A DNA stretch of 64,000 nucleotides, from the NCBI GenBank assembly GCA_040387515.1, contig JAZKDP010000016.1, forward strand, positions 35,735-99,734, given 5' to 3'. The position numbers and the translations under genes are program-made. Under the pieces are notes generated by a model that was not told the origin of the DNA, ran no database searches, and saw nothing but the letters and a program-made list of their open reading frames with translations. The stretch is from Pseudomonadota bacterium. GTDB taxonomy: Bacteria > Pseudomonadota > Gammaproteobacteria > Burkholderiales > Methylophilaceae. Shown here piece by piece: positions 8,576-19,639 of this stretch; within the stretch, counting starts at the first letter, position 1; every line of letters begins with the position of its first letter.

Positions 8576-9589
8576 ATGAAAAAATTTATTAACAATGTCG
8601 ACAATCTTTTAGTTGAAAGCTTGTCTGGCTTTGCCAGTGCGCATAACGATCTTGTCACATTGCATTTAGAACCCAATTACTTAACACGTAAAAACTTAAC
8701 AGTTAAAAATAAACCAAAAAGTAAAGTCGCCACTATTTCAGGCGGCGGTTCTGGGCATGAGCCACTACACGCAGGTTATATCGGCTTCGGCATGTTAGAT
8801 GCTGCGTGTCCAGGTCATGTATTTACCTCGCCCACGCCAGACCAAATGCTTGCTGCAGCAGAAGCCGTGCATGCAGATATGGGTGTTTTATTTATCGTTA
8901 AAAACTACGCGGGCGATGTGATGAATTTTGAAATGGCAGCTGAAATGTTGCCATTTCAAAACGCTACCGTATTAACCAGCGATGATTGTGCGGTGATTAA
9001 CAGCACTTACACCACAGGCCGTCGCGGTGTAGCTGGCACCATGATTGTCGAAAAATGTGTAGGCAGCTTGGCAGAAACTGGTGCCGATTTACAAGCCTGT
9101 AAAACGTTAGGTGAAAAAGTAAATAACCGCACTGCCAGCATTGGCGTGGCATTGACCAGTTGCACCGTACCAGCCGCTGGCCGCCCTACTTTTGATATTG
9201 CAGACACAGAAATTGAAATGGGTGTAGGCATACATGGTGAACCTGGCCGCAGACGTGAAACCATGCGCGAAGCCGACGCGATTGTGCATGATTGTGTGGA
9301 AGCGATTTTGGCGGATTTTAATGCCAGAAATATTCATTTAAACGGCGAAGCTTTGCTGTTAATTAACGGATTTGGTGCAACGCCTTTAATGGAGCTTTAC
9401 TTAATTTACAACACAGCCGCAAAACTGTTTACCAAACACGGTATTAAAATCAGCCGCTCATTAGTTGGCAATTACGTCACTGCATTAGATATGGCAGGCG
9501 CTTCTATCACGTTATGCTTATTGGATGATGAAATCAAACAACACTGGGATAGCCCAATACACACCGCAGCTTTGCGCTGGGGCATGTAG
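8576..9589 (+). CDS. dhaK: Dihydroxyacetone kinase, DHA-binding subunit DhaK
   Basis: The motifs GGGSGHEP and FVKNYAGDVMNF are typical of DhaK. It starts 5 nt after the dhaL stop. Confidence 0.85.
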   Translation: MKKFINNVDNLLVESLSGFASAHNDLVTLHLEPNYLTRKNLTVKNKPKSKVATISGGGSGHEPLHAGYIGFGMLDAACPGHVFTSPTPDQMLAAAEAVHADMGVLFIVKNYAGDVMNFEMAAEMLPFQNATVLTSDDCAVINSTYTTGRRGVAGTMIVEKCVGSLAETGADLQACKTLGEKVNNRTASIGVALTSCTVPAAGRPTFDIADTEIEMGVGIHGEPGRRRETMREADAIVHDCVEAILADFNARNIHLNGEALLLINGFGATPLMELYLIYNTAAKLFTKHGIKISRSLVGNYVTALDMAGASITLCLLDDEIKQHWDSPIHTAALRWGM

Positions 9590-9609
9590 GTAATAAATTA
9601 GCTAAGCAA

Positions 9610-9873
9610 TCAAGATTCCCAACCGGCGTTATTATCAACCCATTTTAGGCTTACCCAATACCAAATCGTCATGGGAATCATCATGGCAACCCAACTCCAA
9701 TCGTCAATCAAAAACACTTTGGCCACAATTGCATTTTGTGAAAACTGCACCCAAGGAATACAGTACAAAGCAAATATCGCACAGGAAATGACGATGATTA
9801 ACGCCACTTTGCGTGTGTGTACATTGGCATAAACCAGTGTTACCCAGATTGGTGTTTTGTCGATTTTTTTCAT
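9610..9873 (-). CDS. Small integral membrane protein, unknown function
   Basis: 87 aa with two hydrophobic helices and no recognisable motif. Confidence 0.4.
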   Translation of the reverse strand: MKKIDKTPIWVTLVYANVHTRKVALIIVISCAIFALYCIPWVQFSQNAIVAKVFLIDDWSWVAMMIPMTIWYWVSLKWVDNNAGWES

Positions 9874-9994
9874 GGTCTCACGCTCATTTATTAAGTGATT
9901 GATTCAGCCGAATATTAACTCAAAATATTATTCACGTGGTTTTTTGTATGCGCATGATATTCTGCTAGCCTTATTTATTTCACAGCTTAATATC

Positions 9995-11743
9995 ATGACA
10001 ACAACTACATCAGCAAACACTGCGGAAACATTCATCCCCAGTAAAGACGCCTCTTTAGAATCTTCTATCGCCACACTGCAAGCTAAACTATTGGCACTTA
10101 ACATTCATACCGAAGAGAAATCTTGGCTGAATGAGATTGAAGGTATTTGGTCTGTGCATGTGATTGATAAAGACTGCCCACGCTTATTCACCAATGGTAA
10201 AGGCGCATCGCAATTGGCTGCCAGAGCAAGCGCATTGGGCGAATATTTTGAACGTTTAAGCACCAATTACTTTTGGACACATTTTTACTTAGGTGAAAAA
10301 ATCGCTAACAAAGACTTTGTACATTATCCGAATGAGCAATGGGTTAAGTTAACAGGTGACAAATGGCCAAAAGAATTACTCACGCCTGAATTACAAAAGT
10401 TTTATAACCCAGAAGGCACCTGCCCTGCCAACCAATTAATTGATTTAAATTCCGGCAATAAAGAGCGCGGCATTTGCGCGATTCCTTACACACGTTTGCG
10501 TGATGACAAAACTGTATTGTTTCCAGTAAATCTTATCGGCAATTTATATGTTAGCAACGGCATGAGCGCGGGCAACACCATGATGGAAGCGCGTACGCAA
10601 GCATTGGCAGAAATTTTTGAACGCGACATCAAATACAAAATCATTCGTGAAGGTATTTGCCTGCCAGATGTACCTGAAAGCGTGTTGAGTCGCTATCCTC
10701 GTATTGCCGCTGGTATTAAAGGTTTGCGCGATGCAGGTTATGGTATCTTGGTAAAAGACGCTTCACTTGGCGGGCAATATCCTGTGATGAATGTCACACT
10801 TTTACACCCTGAAGATCAAGGCTGTTTTGCCAGCTTTGGCGCGCACCCACGCTTTGAAGTCGCGCTAGAACGCGCATTAACTGAGCTATTGCAAGGTCGC
10901 GCAATGGATAGCTTAAAAGGCTTTGTTGCACCAGGCTTTGATATGGAAGAAATCGCGGATTCGCAAAACTTGGAAATTCACTTTGTGGATTCCAGCGGCG
11001 TCATTAGCTGGGACTTTTTGCGTAGCACGCCAGATTATGAATTCGTCGACTGGAATTTTGGTAAGACGACAGAAGAAGATTACAACTGGTGCGTGAATAC
11101 CATCCATAACAGCGGCCACGATATGTATATCGCCGACTTTACGCATTTAGGCGTCTACGCCTGCCGCATTTTTGTACCTGGCATGAGTGAGATTTACCCA
11201 GTAGAAGAACTGCAGTGGGAAAACAACACCGTTGGCAATCTGGTACGCCCTTTTGCACTGCGTTTGCCAGAACTAAGCCAAACAGAATCTGCCGAATTGC
11301 TGGAAACCTTGCTTGATTTAGAGTTGGCAGATGAATTGCCAGTAACTACACTAATCGGTCTATGCGCAGATCCAAATACTACATGGGTGGATTTACGTGC
11401 AGGCGAACTTAAAGCACTTGCCGCACTTGCTGCCGATGACGCGGATGAAATTTTAAACGGCTGTGCATGGATTGCCCAATTCGGTGAATTACCCGAAAAA
11501 CGCGCCCGCGTTTACCGTTGTATTGAAAATATCGTGCAAATTAAAGAGATGGCAGAATTGGAAGATACAGCCGCGTTTGAAGCGAATTTAACATTACTTT
11601 ACGGCACAGAAACTTTGCAACAAGCGCATAAACTATTGAACCGTGAAGAGCAGTATTTTGGCCTAGGTACGTTAGGGGAAAACATGGAAGGCAGCATAAT
11701 GCATCAGCGTTTGCTTGAGGCTTATGGCAAAGTTTGGAAGTAA
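9995..11743 (+). CDS. ycaO: YcaO-family protein (RimO-associated ATP-dependent cyclodehydratase-like)
   Basis: Closely parallels E. coli YcaO along its full length (FIPSKDASLESSIA…WSVHV.DKDC…FTNGKGAS…ASALGEYFERLSTNYF…GNLYVSNGMSAGNT…GAHP.FEVALERALTELLQGR…HLGVYACRI.VPGMSEIYP). The start is set at the MTTTT methionine. Confidence 0.85.
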   Translation: MTTTTSANTAETFIPSKDASLESSIATLQAKLLALNIHTEEKSWLNEIEGIWSVHVIDKDCPRLFTNGKGASQLAARASALGEYFERLSTNYFWTHFYLGEKIANKDFVHYPNEQWVKLTGDKWPKELLTPELQKFYNPEGTCPANQLIDLNSGNKERGICAIPYTRLRDDKTVLFPVNLIGNLYVSNGMSAGNTMMEARTQALAEIFERDIKYKIIREGICLPDVPESVLSRYPRIAAGIKGLRDAGYGILVKDASLGGQYPVMNVTLLHPEDQGCFASFGAHPRFEVALERALTELLQGRAMDSLKGFVAPGFDMEEIADSQNLEIHFVDSSGVISWDFLRSTPDYEFVDWNFGKTTEEDYNWCVNTIHNSGHDMYIADFTHLGVYACRIFVPGMSEIYPVEELQWENNTVGNLVRPFALRLPELSQTESAELLETLLDLELADELPVTTLIGLCADPNTTWVDLRAGELKALAALAADDADEILNGCAWIAQFGELPEKRARVYRCIENIVQIKEMAELEDTAAFEANLTLLYGTETLQQAHKLLNREEQYFGLGTLGENMEGSIMHQRLLEAYGKVWK

Positions 11744-11745
11744 CT

Positions 11746-11815
11746 AAATAATAGGGTTAAGACCACGATTACTGTCGTTCACAGGAAAACGTGGTCTACC
11801 CTCTATTATTTTACA
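11746..11815 (+). terminator. Long inverted repeat / rho-independent terminator after ycaO
   Basis: AATAATAGGGTTAAGACCACG … CGTGGTCTACCCTCTATTATT, about 21-nt arms, followed by TTTTA. Confidence 0.6.
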
Positions 11816-11904
11816 TTCAGCATTTACAATTTTCATCTTAAATGTAATAAAACTGTCTCTCTATATAACTAAAATTGTTTTTTCATTAAAAACAGGTTAT
11901 TTAT

Positions 11905-12411
11905 ATGGATACAGTCTATGTAAAGTCAGATCGTGCAGTTAAGGAGTTTGAGCAAGGCAACCGCTCGCTTAGTTTAAAACATAGGCAACTGTTAATTATG
12001 GTGAATGGTAGGCGTACCAATAGTCAAATTGCACAAGCGATTAACTCTGAGCAAGCAATACCAATGCTGGCAGATTTAGAAAAACTCGGTTATCTAATAA
12101 ACGCTAATTTACCCAAACAAGTAACAAAATATAAAGAAACACTAGCAACGCAATCGAAAAGCGTTGAGTTATCAAGCGACCATCTAGTGTTTATTAAAAC
12201 TTTTTTAGCTGAAGAAGCACAGCTGCAATTAGGCATAATGAGCCGCGATATTGAGCAAAGGGTGGCTTTGGTGAAAAATTCTGATGAGTTGAAATCATGC
12301 GTTTCACGCTGGCACATGGCGATTAGAGAGTCTCGCAACGGCCGTACAGTAGCCGATAAATTAATGGAGCGCCTAGCACATTTGATGGCCAATCCGCCTC
12401 AATCAGCATAG
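11905..12411 (+). CDS. Hypothetical protein (168 aa), no recognisable domain
   Basis: An ORF with a plausible start and no motif I can assign. It lies between ycaO and glnE. Confidence 0.4.
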   Translation: MDTVYVKSDRAVKEFEQGNRSLSLKHRQLLIMVNGRRTNSQIAQAINSEQAIPMLADLEKLGYLINANLPKQVTKYKETLATQSKSVELSSDHLVFIKTFLAEEAQLQLGIMSRDIEQRVALVKNSDELKSCVSRWHMAIRESRNGRTVADKLMERLAHLMANPPQSA

Positions 12412-12489
12412 GGCGAACTGTAAAGCATTTGCCGTATGAATTGTCTTATTGGCGTATTACGCTAATACGCCCTACTTATTGACTTAAAC

Positions 12490-15276
12490 TTAATTAAAAA
12501 CCTGTTTCCATAAAGCAGTTACCGCTACGCTGTACTCTGTAGCTAAAGCCGTTTCCACCCTGCTCTGCGTCACGCCCTGCAGCTTAAGTGCATGTTGCAT
12601 TTTTCGATACTCTCTATAAGCAATCGCCACGTTTTCTGCCGCTTCGGTTGCAATAATACTCAGTGAGGCCAGCAGTTTTAATAAGGCAATATTACCGATA
12701 TTGCCAGTTAATTGCGGGTGTTTTTTTGCATGACTTAACACTAAAAACTGCACTAAAAATTCCACATCGATAATACCGCCCGCATCGTGTTTTATATCGA
12801 AAAAATCAATTTGTGGTCTATGGCTGGTGCGCATTTTTTCGCGCATTTCTATGACGGATTTTTTAAGCGCCTCCACATCGCGCTGCTGACTTAATACTTC
12901 AACACGTACTTTCTCAAATGCCTTGCATATTTTGGCATCGCCTGCGATAAATCGCGCGCGGGTTAGTGCTTGATGTTCCCAAACCCAGGCTTTGGTCAGT
13001 TGGTATTCTTTGAACGCTGCAATACTGCTCACTAACAGACCACTATTGCCATCTGGCCGCAACTGTAAATCGGTTTCGTATAATAAACCGGCATTGGTAA
13101 TACTGTTGAACCAGTTATTAATCCGTTGTGCGAAACGCGCATAGATTTCAGAACTATTTCCGCTGGTTTCCGATTTATCGCCACTAGCGTTTTCAGCGGT
13201 GTTGTCGTAAAGAAAAATAATATCTAAATCAGACATATAGCCTAATTCTTTGCTACCAAGCTTGCCATAACCAATCACAGCAAACTTTGGCGTGTCGATA
13301 TGTTTGAATTTCAGACTGTCCCAAATGGTTTGCAGACTCACTTGCACAATCACATCGGCTAAATTGCTTAAATAATCGGATAAAATTTCTAGCGGCAAAG
13401 CACCTGCCACATCTTGCGCAGCAAATTTTAAGATGGTGGCATGTTTAAAGTGGCGCATCGCATCCATTTGCGCTTCAGTATCCCCTTGCAGATGCTGCAT
13501 TTTTTCGACTAACTCAGCCTTTAATAGGGCAAAATCTGGCTCTGTATACAAGGTGCGTGAATCCAGTAATTCATCCAGCAAAATCGGGTGTGCAGATAAG
13601 TATTGCGCTAGCCAAGGGCTGGCGGCACACAGCTTAATCACCAGATTCAACGCTTGTGGATATTCGGCCAGTAGTGCCAAATAGCTAGCGCGTCGGCAGA
13701 TATTTTCCAGCAAGCTAATAGTACGTAGCAGCGCAATGTCACTATTTTCCTCTTGCGCGGCGATTGAAATTACTAAGGGCATTAAACGATCAAAGCGTTG
13801 GCGACTACTTTCTGGCAGTTGTTGATAACGGCTGCTGGCGCGCAGCATTTTTAAACGTTGTAAAGCTTCATTGGCATCGCTATAACCTGCGTCTGATAAA
13901 GCTTGCAGCGCAACACTGCTATCAAACGTTTGTTGCCAAAGCGCGATTTCCGTCTCATATTGCTGTGCAGATTGACCATTTTTGGCATTGCTAGAAGATG
14001 CATCATTATTAAAAGTCGCGTCAAAATGCTGCTGTACGTTTTGTCTGTGTTCATTCAATTGTGCTAAAAAACTTTCCCAACTGAGAAACTGCATGGCGTT
14101 GGCAATACGTGCGCGCGCTGTATCGCTTTTAGGTAAATCTTGCGTTTGTTGGTCATCCACATACATCAGCCTATGTTCTAAATTCCTTAAAAACACATAG
14201 GCTGTCGTTAATTCGCTGACGGTTTTTTCTGGCAAAAACCCTTTATTTTGCAGTAGTTTTAATACTGGTAAAGTAGGTTTTATTTGCAAGCTGGCGTCTG
14301 TACCGCCACGTATTAACTGAAAAACTTGCGCAATAAATTCAATTTCGCGTATACCACCACGGCCCAATTTAATATTGTCTTGCAGACCTTTTTGTAATAC
14401 ATCACGCTGGATTTGCATTTTTAAATCGCGCAAACTGGTTAATGCGTTGTAATCTAGATATCTTCTGAATACAAACGGCTTTAATAGCTTGGTAATCAGC
14501 GCTTTTGGCCCAGCCACTACACGGCCCTTTATCCAGGCGTAACGCTCCCATTCGCGACCATTGTTTTGATAATATTCTTCCAGCGCATCACAATTTGGCA
14601 CCAACACGCCTTCAGAACCAAACGGCCGCAAACGCATATCCATCCTGAATACAAAACCGTCTTCGGTTACATCATCCAACGCCGATATCACTTTTTTACC
14701 TAGCTTGTTAAAAAAGTCTTGGTTACTAATCACATTACTGGCGTCGCTATCATTTTGTGTTTCACCAACGCCTTCAAAGCTAAAAATCAAATCCACATCG
14801 GAAGACACGTTTAACTCGTAACCGCCCAGCTTACCCATTCCTACGACAATCATTTCTTGCGGCTGGCCTTTACTATTGCAAGGCTTGCCGTAACTGACTG
14901 CAAGCAACGTATAATGAAAATTAACCGCTGTTTGGATAGTGATTTCTGCTAAATCAGAAGTGGTTTGCATCACCTCATTTAAATCGCCTAATTGATTTAA
15001 ATCGCGATAGATTATTCTCAGCATCACATACTGACGCAGTTGCCTTAACATCTTTTTTAATGCAATTTCATCTACTATTTCTGCCCCATCTAAAAACGCT
15101 TGCATGCTTTCACGCGTATAGGATTCCTTATGATTTTCTAGCAAATCTTCCAGCAATAAGGCATTTTTTGACAATAGTCTTGCTGCATACAAACTACAAT
15201 TGACCAAGTGTTGCAATCCAGCCTCAAATGCCGTTGGCGCTTGAGTTGGCGATAAGTATTTATCCAGTGATAGCAT
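12490..15276 (-). CDS. glnE: Bifunctional glutamine synthetase adenylyltransferase / adenylyl-removing enzyme
   Basis: 928 aa with two nucleotidyltransferase halves (GMGKLGGYELNVSSDVDLIF / GYGKLGSKELGYMSDLDIIF), typical of GlnE. Confidence 0.9.
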   Translation of the reverse strand: MLSLDKYLSPTQAPTAFEAGLQHLVNCSLYAARLLSKNALLLEDLLENHKESYTRESMQAFLDGAEIVDEIALKKMLRQLRQYVMLRIIYRDLNQLGDLNEVMQTTSDLAEITIQTAVNFHYTLLAVSYGKPCNSKGQPQEMIVVGMGKLGGYELNVSSDVDLIFSFEGVGETQNDSDASNVISNQDFFNKLGKKVISALDDVTEDGFVFRMDMRLRPFGSEGVLVPNCDALEEYYQNNGREWERYAWIKGRVVAGPKALITKLLKPFVFRRYLDYNALTSLRDLKMQIQRDVLQKGLQDNIKLGRGGIREIEFIAQVFQLIRGGTDASLQIKPTLPVLKLLQNKGFLPEKTVSELTTAYVFLRNLEHRLMYVDDQQTQDLPKSDTARARIANAMQFLSWESFLAQLNEHRQNVQQHFDATFNNDASSSNAKNGQSAQQYETEIALWQQTFDSSVALQALSDAGYSDANEALQRLKMLRASSRYQQLPESSRQRFDRLMPLVISIAAQEENSDIALLRTISLLENICRRASYLALLAEYPQALNLVIKLCAASPWLAQYLSAHPILLDELLDSRTLYTEPDFALLKAELVEKMQHLQGDTEAQMDAMRHFKHATILKFAAQDVAGALPLEILSDYLSNLADVIVQVSLQTIWDSLKFKHIDTPKFAVIGYGKLGSKELGYMSDLDIIFLYDNTAENASGDKSETSGNSSEIYARFAQRINNWFNSITNAGLLYETDLQLRPDGNSGLLVSSIAAFKEYQLTKAWVWEHQALTRARFIAGDAKICKAFEKVRVEVLSQQRDVEALKKSVIEMREKMRTSHRPQIDFFDIKHDAGGIIDVEFLVQFLVLSHAKKHPQLTGNIGNIALLKLLASLSIIATEAAENVAIAYREYRKMQHALKLQGVTQSRVETALATEYSVAVTALWKQVFN

Positions 15277-15377
15277 GTTATTTTTAAGGTAATATGATGG
15301 TTAACAATTGTGTTACATCTTACCTTAAACATTATTATAAAAAAGTGAATGTCATTGATTAATGACAAATTTGGGAG

Positions 15378-17375
15378 TTGGGCTGCATGGCTATTGAATC
15401 TGTTTTAACCGAAAACCGCGTGTTTCATCCAAGTGAAGAATTTAAAGCGCAAGCAAATGTTTCTGGCATAGATGCCTACAACGCACTTTGTGCAGAAGCC
15501 GAAGCAGATTATGAAGGTTTTTGGGCGAAATTAGCGCGCGAATTATTGGTTTGGCATCAACCATTTACTAAAACGCTAAATGAAGAAAATGCACCATTTT
15601 ATAAGTGGTTTGAAGATGGCGATCTGAACGTTTCAGTCAACTGTCTGGATAAACATTTAGCGACAATTCCCAATAAAACTGCAATCATTTTTGAAGCAGA
15701 TAACGGTGATACGAAAACAGTTACATACAAAGAGTTGTATCACCAAGTTTGCCAGTTTGCCAATGGCTTAAAAACATTGAATTTAGCAATTGGCTCACGC
15801 GCAATCATCTATTTGCCAATGGGTATAGAAGCGATTGTGGCGATGCAAGCCTGCGCACGTTTGGGGTTAACGCATTCAGTCGTATTTGGTGGCTTTTCCG
15901 CCAAAAGTTTAAATGAGCGCATGATTGATGCTGGCGCGGTTGCCGTCATCACTTCAGACGGCCAGTTCCGCGGCGGTAAAACATTACCTTTAAAACAGGC
16001 TGTGGATGAAGGTATTGCGCAAGCAAAAAGTGAGCACGGCTGGGACGGTATTCAAAAAGTAATCGTGCTGAAAAAAACAGGACAAGAAGTCGCTTGGAAC
16101 GCAAAAGATATCTGGTGGAGTGATTTAATCGCTGGACAAGCTCAAGAATGCGACCCCGTTATGGTTAACGCAGAACATCCTTTGTTTTTGCTGTATACAA
16201 GCGGCTCAACCGGCAAACCAAAAGGCGTGCAACACAGTTCTGCCGGTTATTTGTTACATGCGATGAACACAATGCGCTGGACCTTTGATGTAAAAGCAGA
16301 TGACGTTTACTGGTGTACGGCCGATGTGGGCTGGATTACAGGACACAGCTATGTCACTTATGGCCCATTGGCGATGGGTGCGACACAAGTGGTATTTGAA
16401 GGCATTCCAACTTATCCGAATGCTGGGCGTTTCTGGCAGATGATTGAAAAGCATAAAGTATCCATTTTCTACACTGCCCCTACTGCGATTCGCTCGCTGA
16501 TTAAATCAAGTGAAACAGATCCAAGCACTCATCCTAAAAATTATGATTTAAGTAGTTTGCGTTTGCTAGGCACTGTGGGTGAACCGATTAATCCAGAAGC
16601 ATGGATGTGGTACTTTGAACAAGTTGGCGGCAGTCGCTGCCCGGTTGCCGACACTTTCTGGCAAACAGAGACAGGCGGTCATGTCATCACACCGCTGCCT
16701 GGTGCGCATTCATTAACACCTGGCTCCTGTACTATGCCATTCCCAGGCATTGCGATTGATGTAGTAGACGAAACTGGCAAGGATTTGCCATGGGGCACAG
16801 GTGGTTTATTAGTCATTAAAAAGCCATGGCCATCGATGATTCGTAACATTTATAACGACCCAGAACGCTTTAAAACCAGCTACTACCCAGTGGATTTAGG
16901 TGGCAATTTGTACCTCGCAGGCGATGGCGCAATACGTGATGCCATCACAGGAAATTTTACCATTATGGGGCGTATTGACGATGTGTTAAATGTATCTGGT
17001 CACCGCTTGGGTACAATGGAAATCGAATCAGCACTCGTGTCGAATCCATTAGTGGCAGAAGCTGCCGTGGTTGGCAAGCCGCATGATATTAAAGGCGAAT
17101 CTGTTGTCGCTTATGTTGTGTTAAAAGGTGCAAGACCAACTGGCGAAGAGGCGAAAAAAATCGTCACTAATCTGCGTGATTGGGTAGGTAAAGAAATCGG
17201 TCCAATCGCCAAACCAGATGAAATCCGCTTTGGTGACAACCTGCCAAAAACACGCTCAGGCAAAATTATGCGCAGGCTTTTACGTTCACTAGCAAAAGGT
17301 GAAGAAATCACTTCTGATATTTCGACACTGGATAATCCAGCGATTTTAGAGCAGTTAAAAGAAGTGGTTAAATAA
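15378..17375 (+). CDS. acs: Acetyl-CoA synthetase (acetate--CoA ligase)
   Basis: AMP-binding motif [11 protein letters not shown]. The Acs-typical C-terminus is [16 protein letters not shown]. About 660 aa. Confidence 0.9.
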   Translation: MGCMAIESVLTENRVFHPSEEFKAQANVSGIDAYNALCAEAEADYEGFWAKLARELLVWHQPFTKTLNEENAPFYKWFEDGDLNVSVNCLDKHLATIPNKTAIIFEADNGDTKTVTYKELYHQVCQFANGLKTLNLAIGSRAIIYLPMGIEAIVAMQACARLGLTHSVVFGGFSAKSLNERMIDAGAVAVITSDGQFRGGKTLPLKQAVDEGIAQAKSEHGWDGIQKVIVLKKTGQEVAWNAKDIWWSDLIAGQAQECDPVMVNAEHPLFLLYTSGSTGKPKGVQHSSAGYLLHAMNTMRWTFDVKADDVYWCTADVGWITGHSYVTYGPLAMGATQVVFEGIPTYPNAGRFWQMIEKHKVSIFYTAPTAIRSLIKSSETDPSTHPKNYDLSSLRLLGTVGEPINPEAWMWYFEQVGGSRCPVADTFWQTETGGHVITPLPGAHSLTPGSCTMPFPGIAIDVVDETGKDLPWGTGGLLVIKKPWPSMIRNIYNDPERFKTSYYPVDLGGNLYLAGDGAIRDAITGNFTIMGRIDDVLNVSGHRLGTMEIESALVSNPLVAEAAVVGKPHDIKGESVVAYVVLKGARPTGEEAKKIVTNLRDWVGKEIGPIAKPDEIRFGDNLPKTRSGKIMRRLLRSLAKGEEITSDISTLDNPAILEQLKEVVK

Positions 17376-17435
17376 ATGGAAGGTTTGTTGGTATTGGCTG
17401 CGCTTATATTGGCAGCTTACTTTTTGATGCGCTAA
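17376..17435 (+). CDS. Candidate 19-aa hydrophobic micro-protein (MEGLLVLAALILAAYFLMR) translationally coupled to acs
   Basis: The ATG directly abuts the acs TAA (taaATG). The ORF encodes a single TM-like helix. I cannot distinguish this from chance without conservation data. Confidence 0.2.
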   Translation: MEGLLVLAALILAAYFLMR

Positions 17436-17474
17436 GTATCAAACTATTAGAAATATTTATATTTAAAAGACGAT

Positions 17475-17918
17475 ATGATGAATTGGAAAGATGTACTTAA
17501 CTTTGCGGATAATGGCAATCCATTACCAGACAAAACAGTTGTTAAATCTGAGACTGAATGGCGAGCGCTTTTAAGCCCGGAAGTTTTTCATATTACGCGA
17601 TTAAAAGGTACAGAAAGACCGCATAGCTCTGAATTATGTAATCTATTCAGTTCCGGTATTTACAGTTGCGCGTGTTGTCAAACTGAGTTGTTTGATTCTT
17701 CAGAGAAATTCGAAAGTGGTACAGGCTGGCCCTCATTTACCGAGCCTATTAAATTGAATGCTGTCGCTTACTCTGCCGACAATGGTCATGGGATGCGTCG
17801 TGTGGAAACACTGTGCAACACCTGTGGCGCGCATTTAGGCCATGTATTTCCTGATGGTCCAGCACCTAGTGGCTTACGATTCTGTATTAATGCATTAGCA
17901 TTAATCAAAACGAGTTGA
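17475..17918 (+). CDS. msrB: Peptide-methionine (R)-S-oxide reductase MsrB
   Basis: Two CxxC zinc motifs (CACCQ…, CNTCG) and the catalytic RFCINALAL. Confidence 0.85.
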   Translation: MMNWKDVLNFADNGNPLPDKTVVKSETEWRALLSPEVFHITRLKGTERPHSSELCNLFSSGIYSCACCQTELFDSSEKFESGTGWPSFTEPIKLNAVAYSADNGHGMRRVETLCNTCGAHLGHVFPDGPAPSGLRFCINALALIKTS

Positions 17919-18022
17919 GCCTTGGGACTTTGTATCGACTTGCATTATCTATACTCAGCTTCGCATAACGGAGTTATCTGCTTTTAAGGTAAAATGGCGT
18001 TTTACTTCAGTCCCTACTTTAC

Positions 18023-19609
18023 ATGTCTTTGTCTGCTAGCCAATTAAAAACCGAAATTACCCGCCGCCGTACATTTGCCATCATCTCCCACCCCGATGCC
18101 GGTAAAACCACCCTCACCGAGAAATTATTATGGTTTGGTGGCGCGATTCAAGTGGCGGGCGAAGTGCGCGGGCGTAAAGCTGCGCGTCATGCAACTTCTG
18201 ATTGGATGGAACTTGAGAAGCAACGCGGCATTTCGGTGACGTCATCTGTGATGCAGTTTCCGTATCGCGACCACATGGTAAATTTGCTGGACACGCCCGG
18301 CCATGATGATTTTTCGGAAGATACTTATCGCACATTGACCGCGGTGGATTCGGCTGTGATGGTGATTGACTCAGTCAATGGCGTAGAGGCGCAGACGATT
18401 AAATTGCTGAATGTATGCCGCATGCGCGATACGCCGATTATTACGTTTATTAATAAATTAGACCGTGAAAGTCGTGCGCCGATTGAATTGTTGGATGAAA
18501 TTGAAACCACATTAGGCATGGAATGTGCACCAATGACTTGGCCGATAGGCATGGGTAAATCGTTTCGTGGCGTCTATAATCTAGTCACTGACAGTATTTT
18601 ATTCTTTGATCCACGTGCTGATAAAGGCACTTCTGAGACGATTCAAGGGCTAGATAATCCACGCTTGGATGAATTGATTGGCCGACAAGCTGAAGAGCTG
18701 CGAGTTGATATTGAATTAGTACGTGGCGCATCCAATGTATTTAATGCTGAGCGCTATTTAAGCGGCAAGCAAACGCCTGTGTTTTTCGGCTCGGCCGTGA
18801 ATAACTTTGGCGTGCAATCATTATTGGATGCGGTGGTAGACTTATCCCCTGCTCCGCTTACTCGCCAAACTTCAAGCCGTGAAATTCGGCCTGACGAGCC
18901 TAAGTTTTCAGGCTTTGTCTTCAAAATTCAAGCCAATATGGATCCGAAACATCGCGATCGTATTGCATTTCTACGCGTATGTTCTGGTCGTTTTGAGCGT
19001 GGCATGAAAATCAAACAAGTTTCTACTGGCAAATTAATGGCGGTGAACAATGCGATCACTTTTATGGCACGCGACCGCACTACGATGGACGAAGCCTACT
19101 CTGGTGACATTATCGGCATCCCCAACCATGGAACGATTAAGGTCGGCGACACATTCAGTGAGGGTGAAGAGCTTAAATTCACTGGTATTCCTTCATTTGC
19201 ACCTGAGTTTTTCCGTCGTGCAAGATTAAAAAATCCGCTTAAAATGAAACAGTTGCAAAAAGGCTTGCAACAATTAGCAGAAGAAGGAGCTTCGCAATTA
19301 TTCCGCCCATTATTATCAAATGATCTTATTTTAGGCGCGGTTGGTTTGTTGCAGTTTGACGTAGTCGCGCATCGTTTAGAACATGAATATGGCGTAGATG
19401 TGGTATTCGAAAGCTATGATTGTTACACCGCGCGCTGGTTACGTGGCAGCGATGCTGATTTACGTGCGATTGCCGACAAGTATGGCTTTAATGTGGGCTT
19501 AGATGGTAATGAAGAATACGTGTACTTAGCACCGAACCGTGTTAACTTGCAGATGGCACAAGAGCGTTACCCTGAGCTTGAGTTCTTGGCAACTAGGGAA
19601 ATTAGCTAA
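18023..19609 (+). CDS. prfC: Peptide chain release factor 3
   Basis: GTPase motifs [12 protein letters not shown] and DTPGHDDF, with RF3-like length and sequence. Confidence 0.9.
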   Translation: MSLSASQLKTEITRRRTFAIISHPDAGKTTLTEKLLWFGGAIQVAGEVRGRKAARHATSDWMELEKQRGISVTSSVMQFPYRDHMVNLLDTPGHDDFSEDTYRTLTAVDSAVMVIDSVNGVEAQTIKLLNVCRMRDTPIITFINKLDRESRAPIELLDEIETTLGMECAPMTWPIGMGKSFRGVYNLVTDSILFFDPRADKGTSETIQGLDNPRLDELIGRQAEELRVDIELVRGASNVFNAERYLSGKQTPVFFGSAVNNFGVQSLLDAVVDLSPAPLTRQTSSREIRPDEPKFSGFVFKIQANMDPKHRDRIAFLRVCSGRFERGMKIKQVSTGKLMAVNNAITFMARDRTTMDEAYSGDIIGIPNHGTIKVGDTFSEGEELKFTGIPSFAPEFFRRARLKNPLKMKQLQKGLQQLAEEGASQLFRPLLSNDLILGAVGLLQFDVVAHRLEHEYGVDVVFESYDCYTARWLRGSDADLRAIADKYGFNVGLDGNEEYVYLAPNRVNLQMAQERYPELEFLATREIS

Positions 19610-19639
19610 TTTAAATACTTAACTGAATGGGTTAACTAT

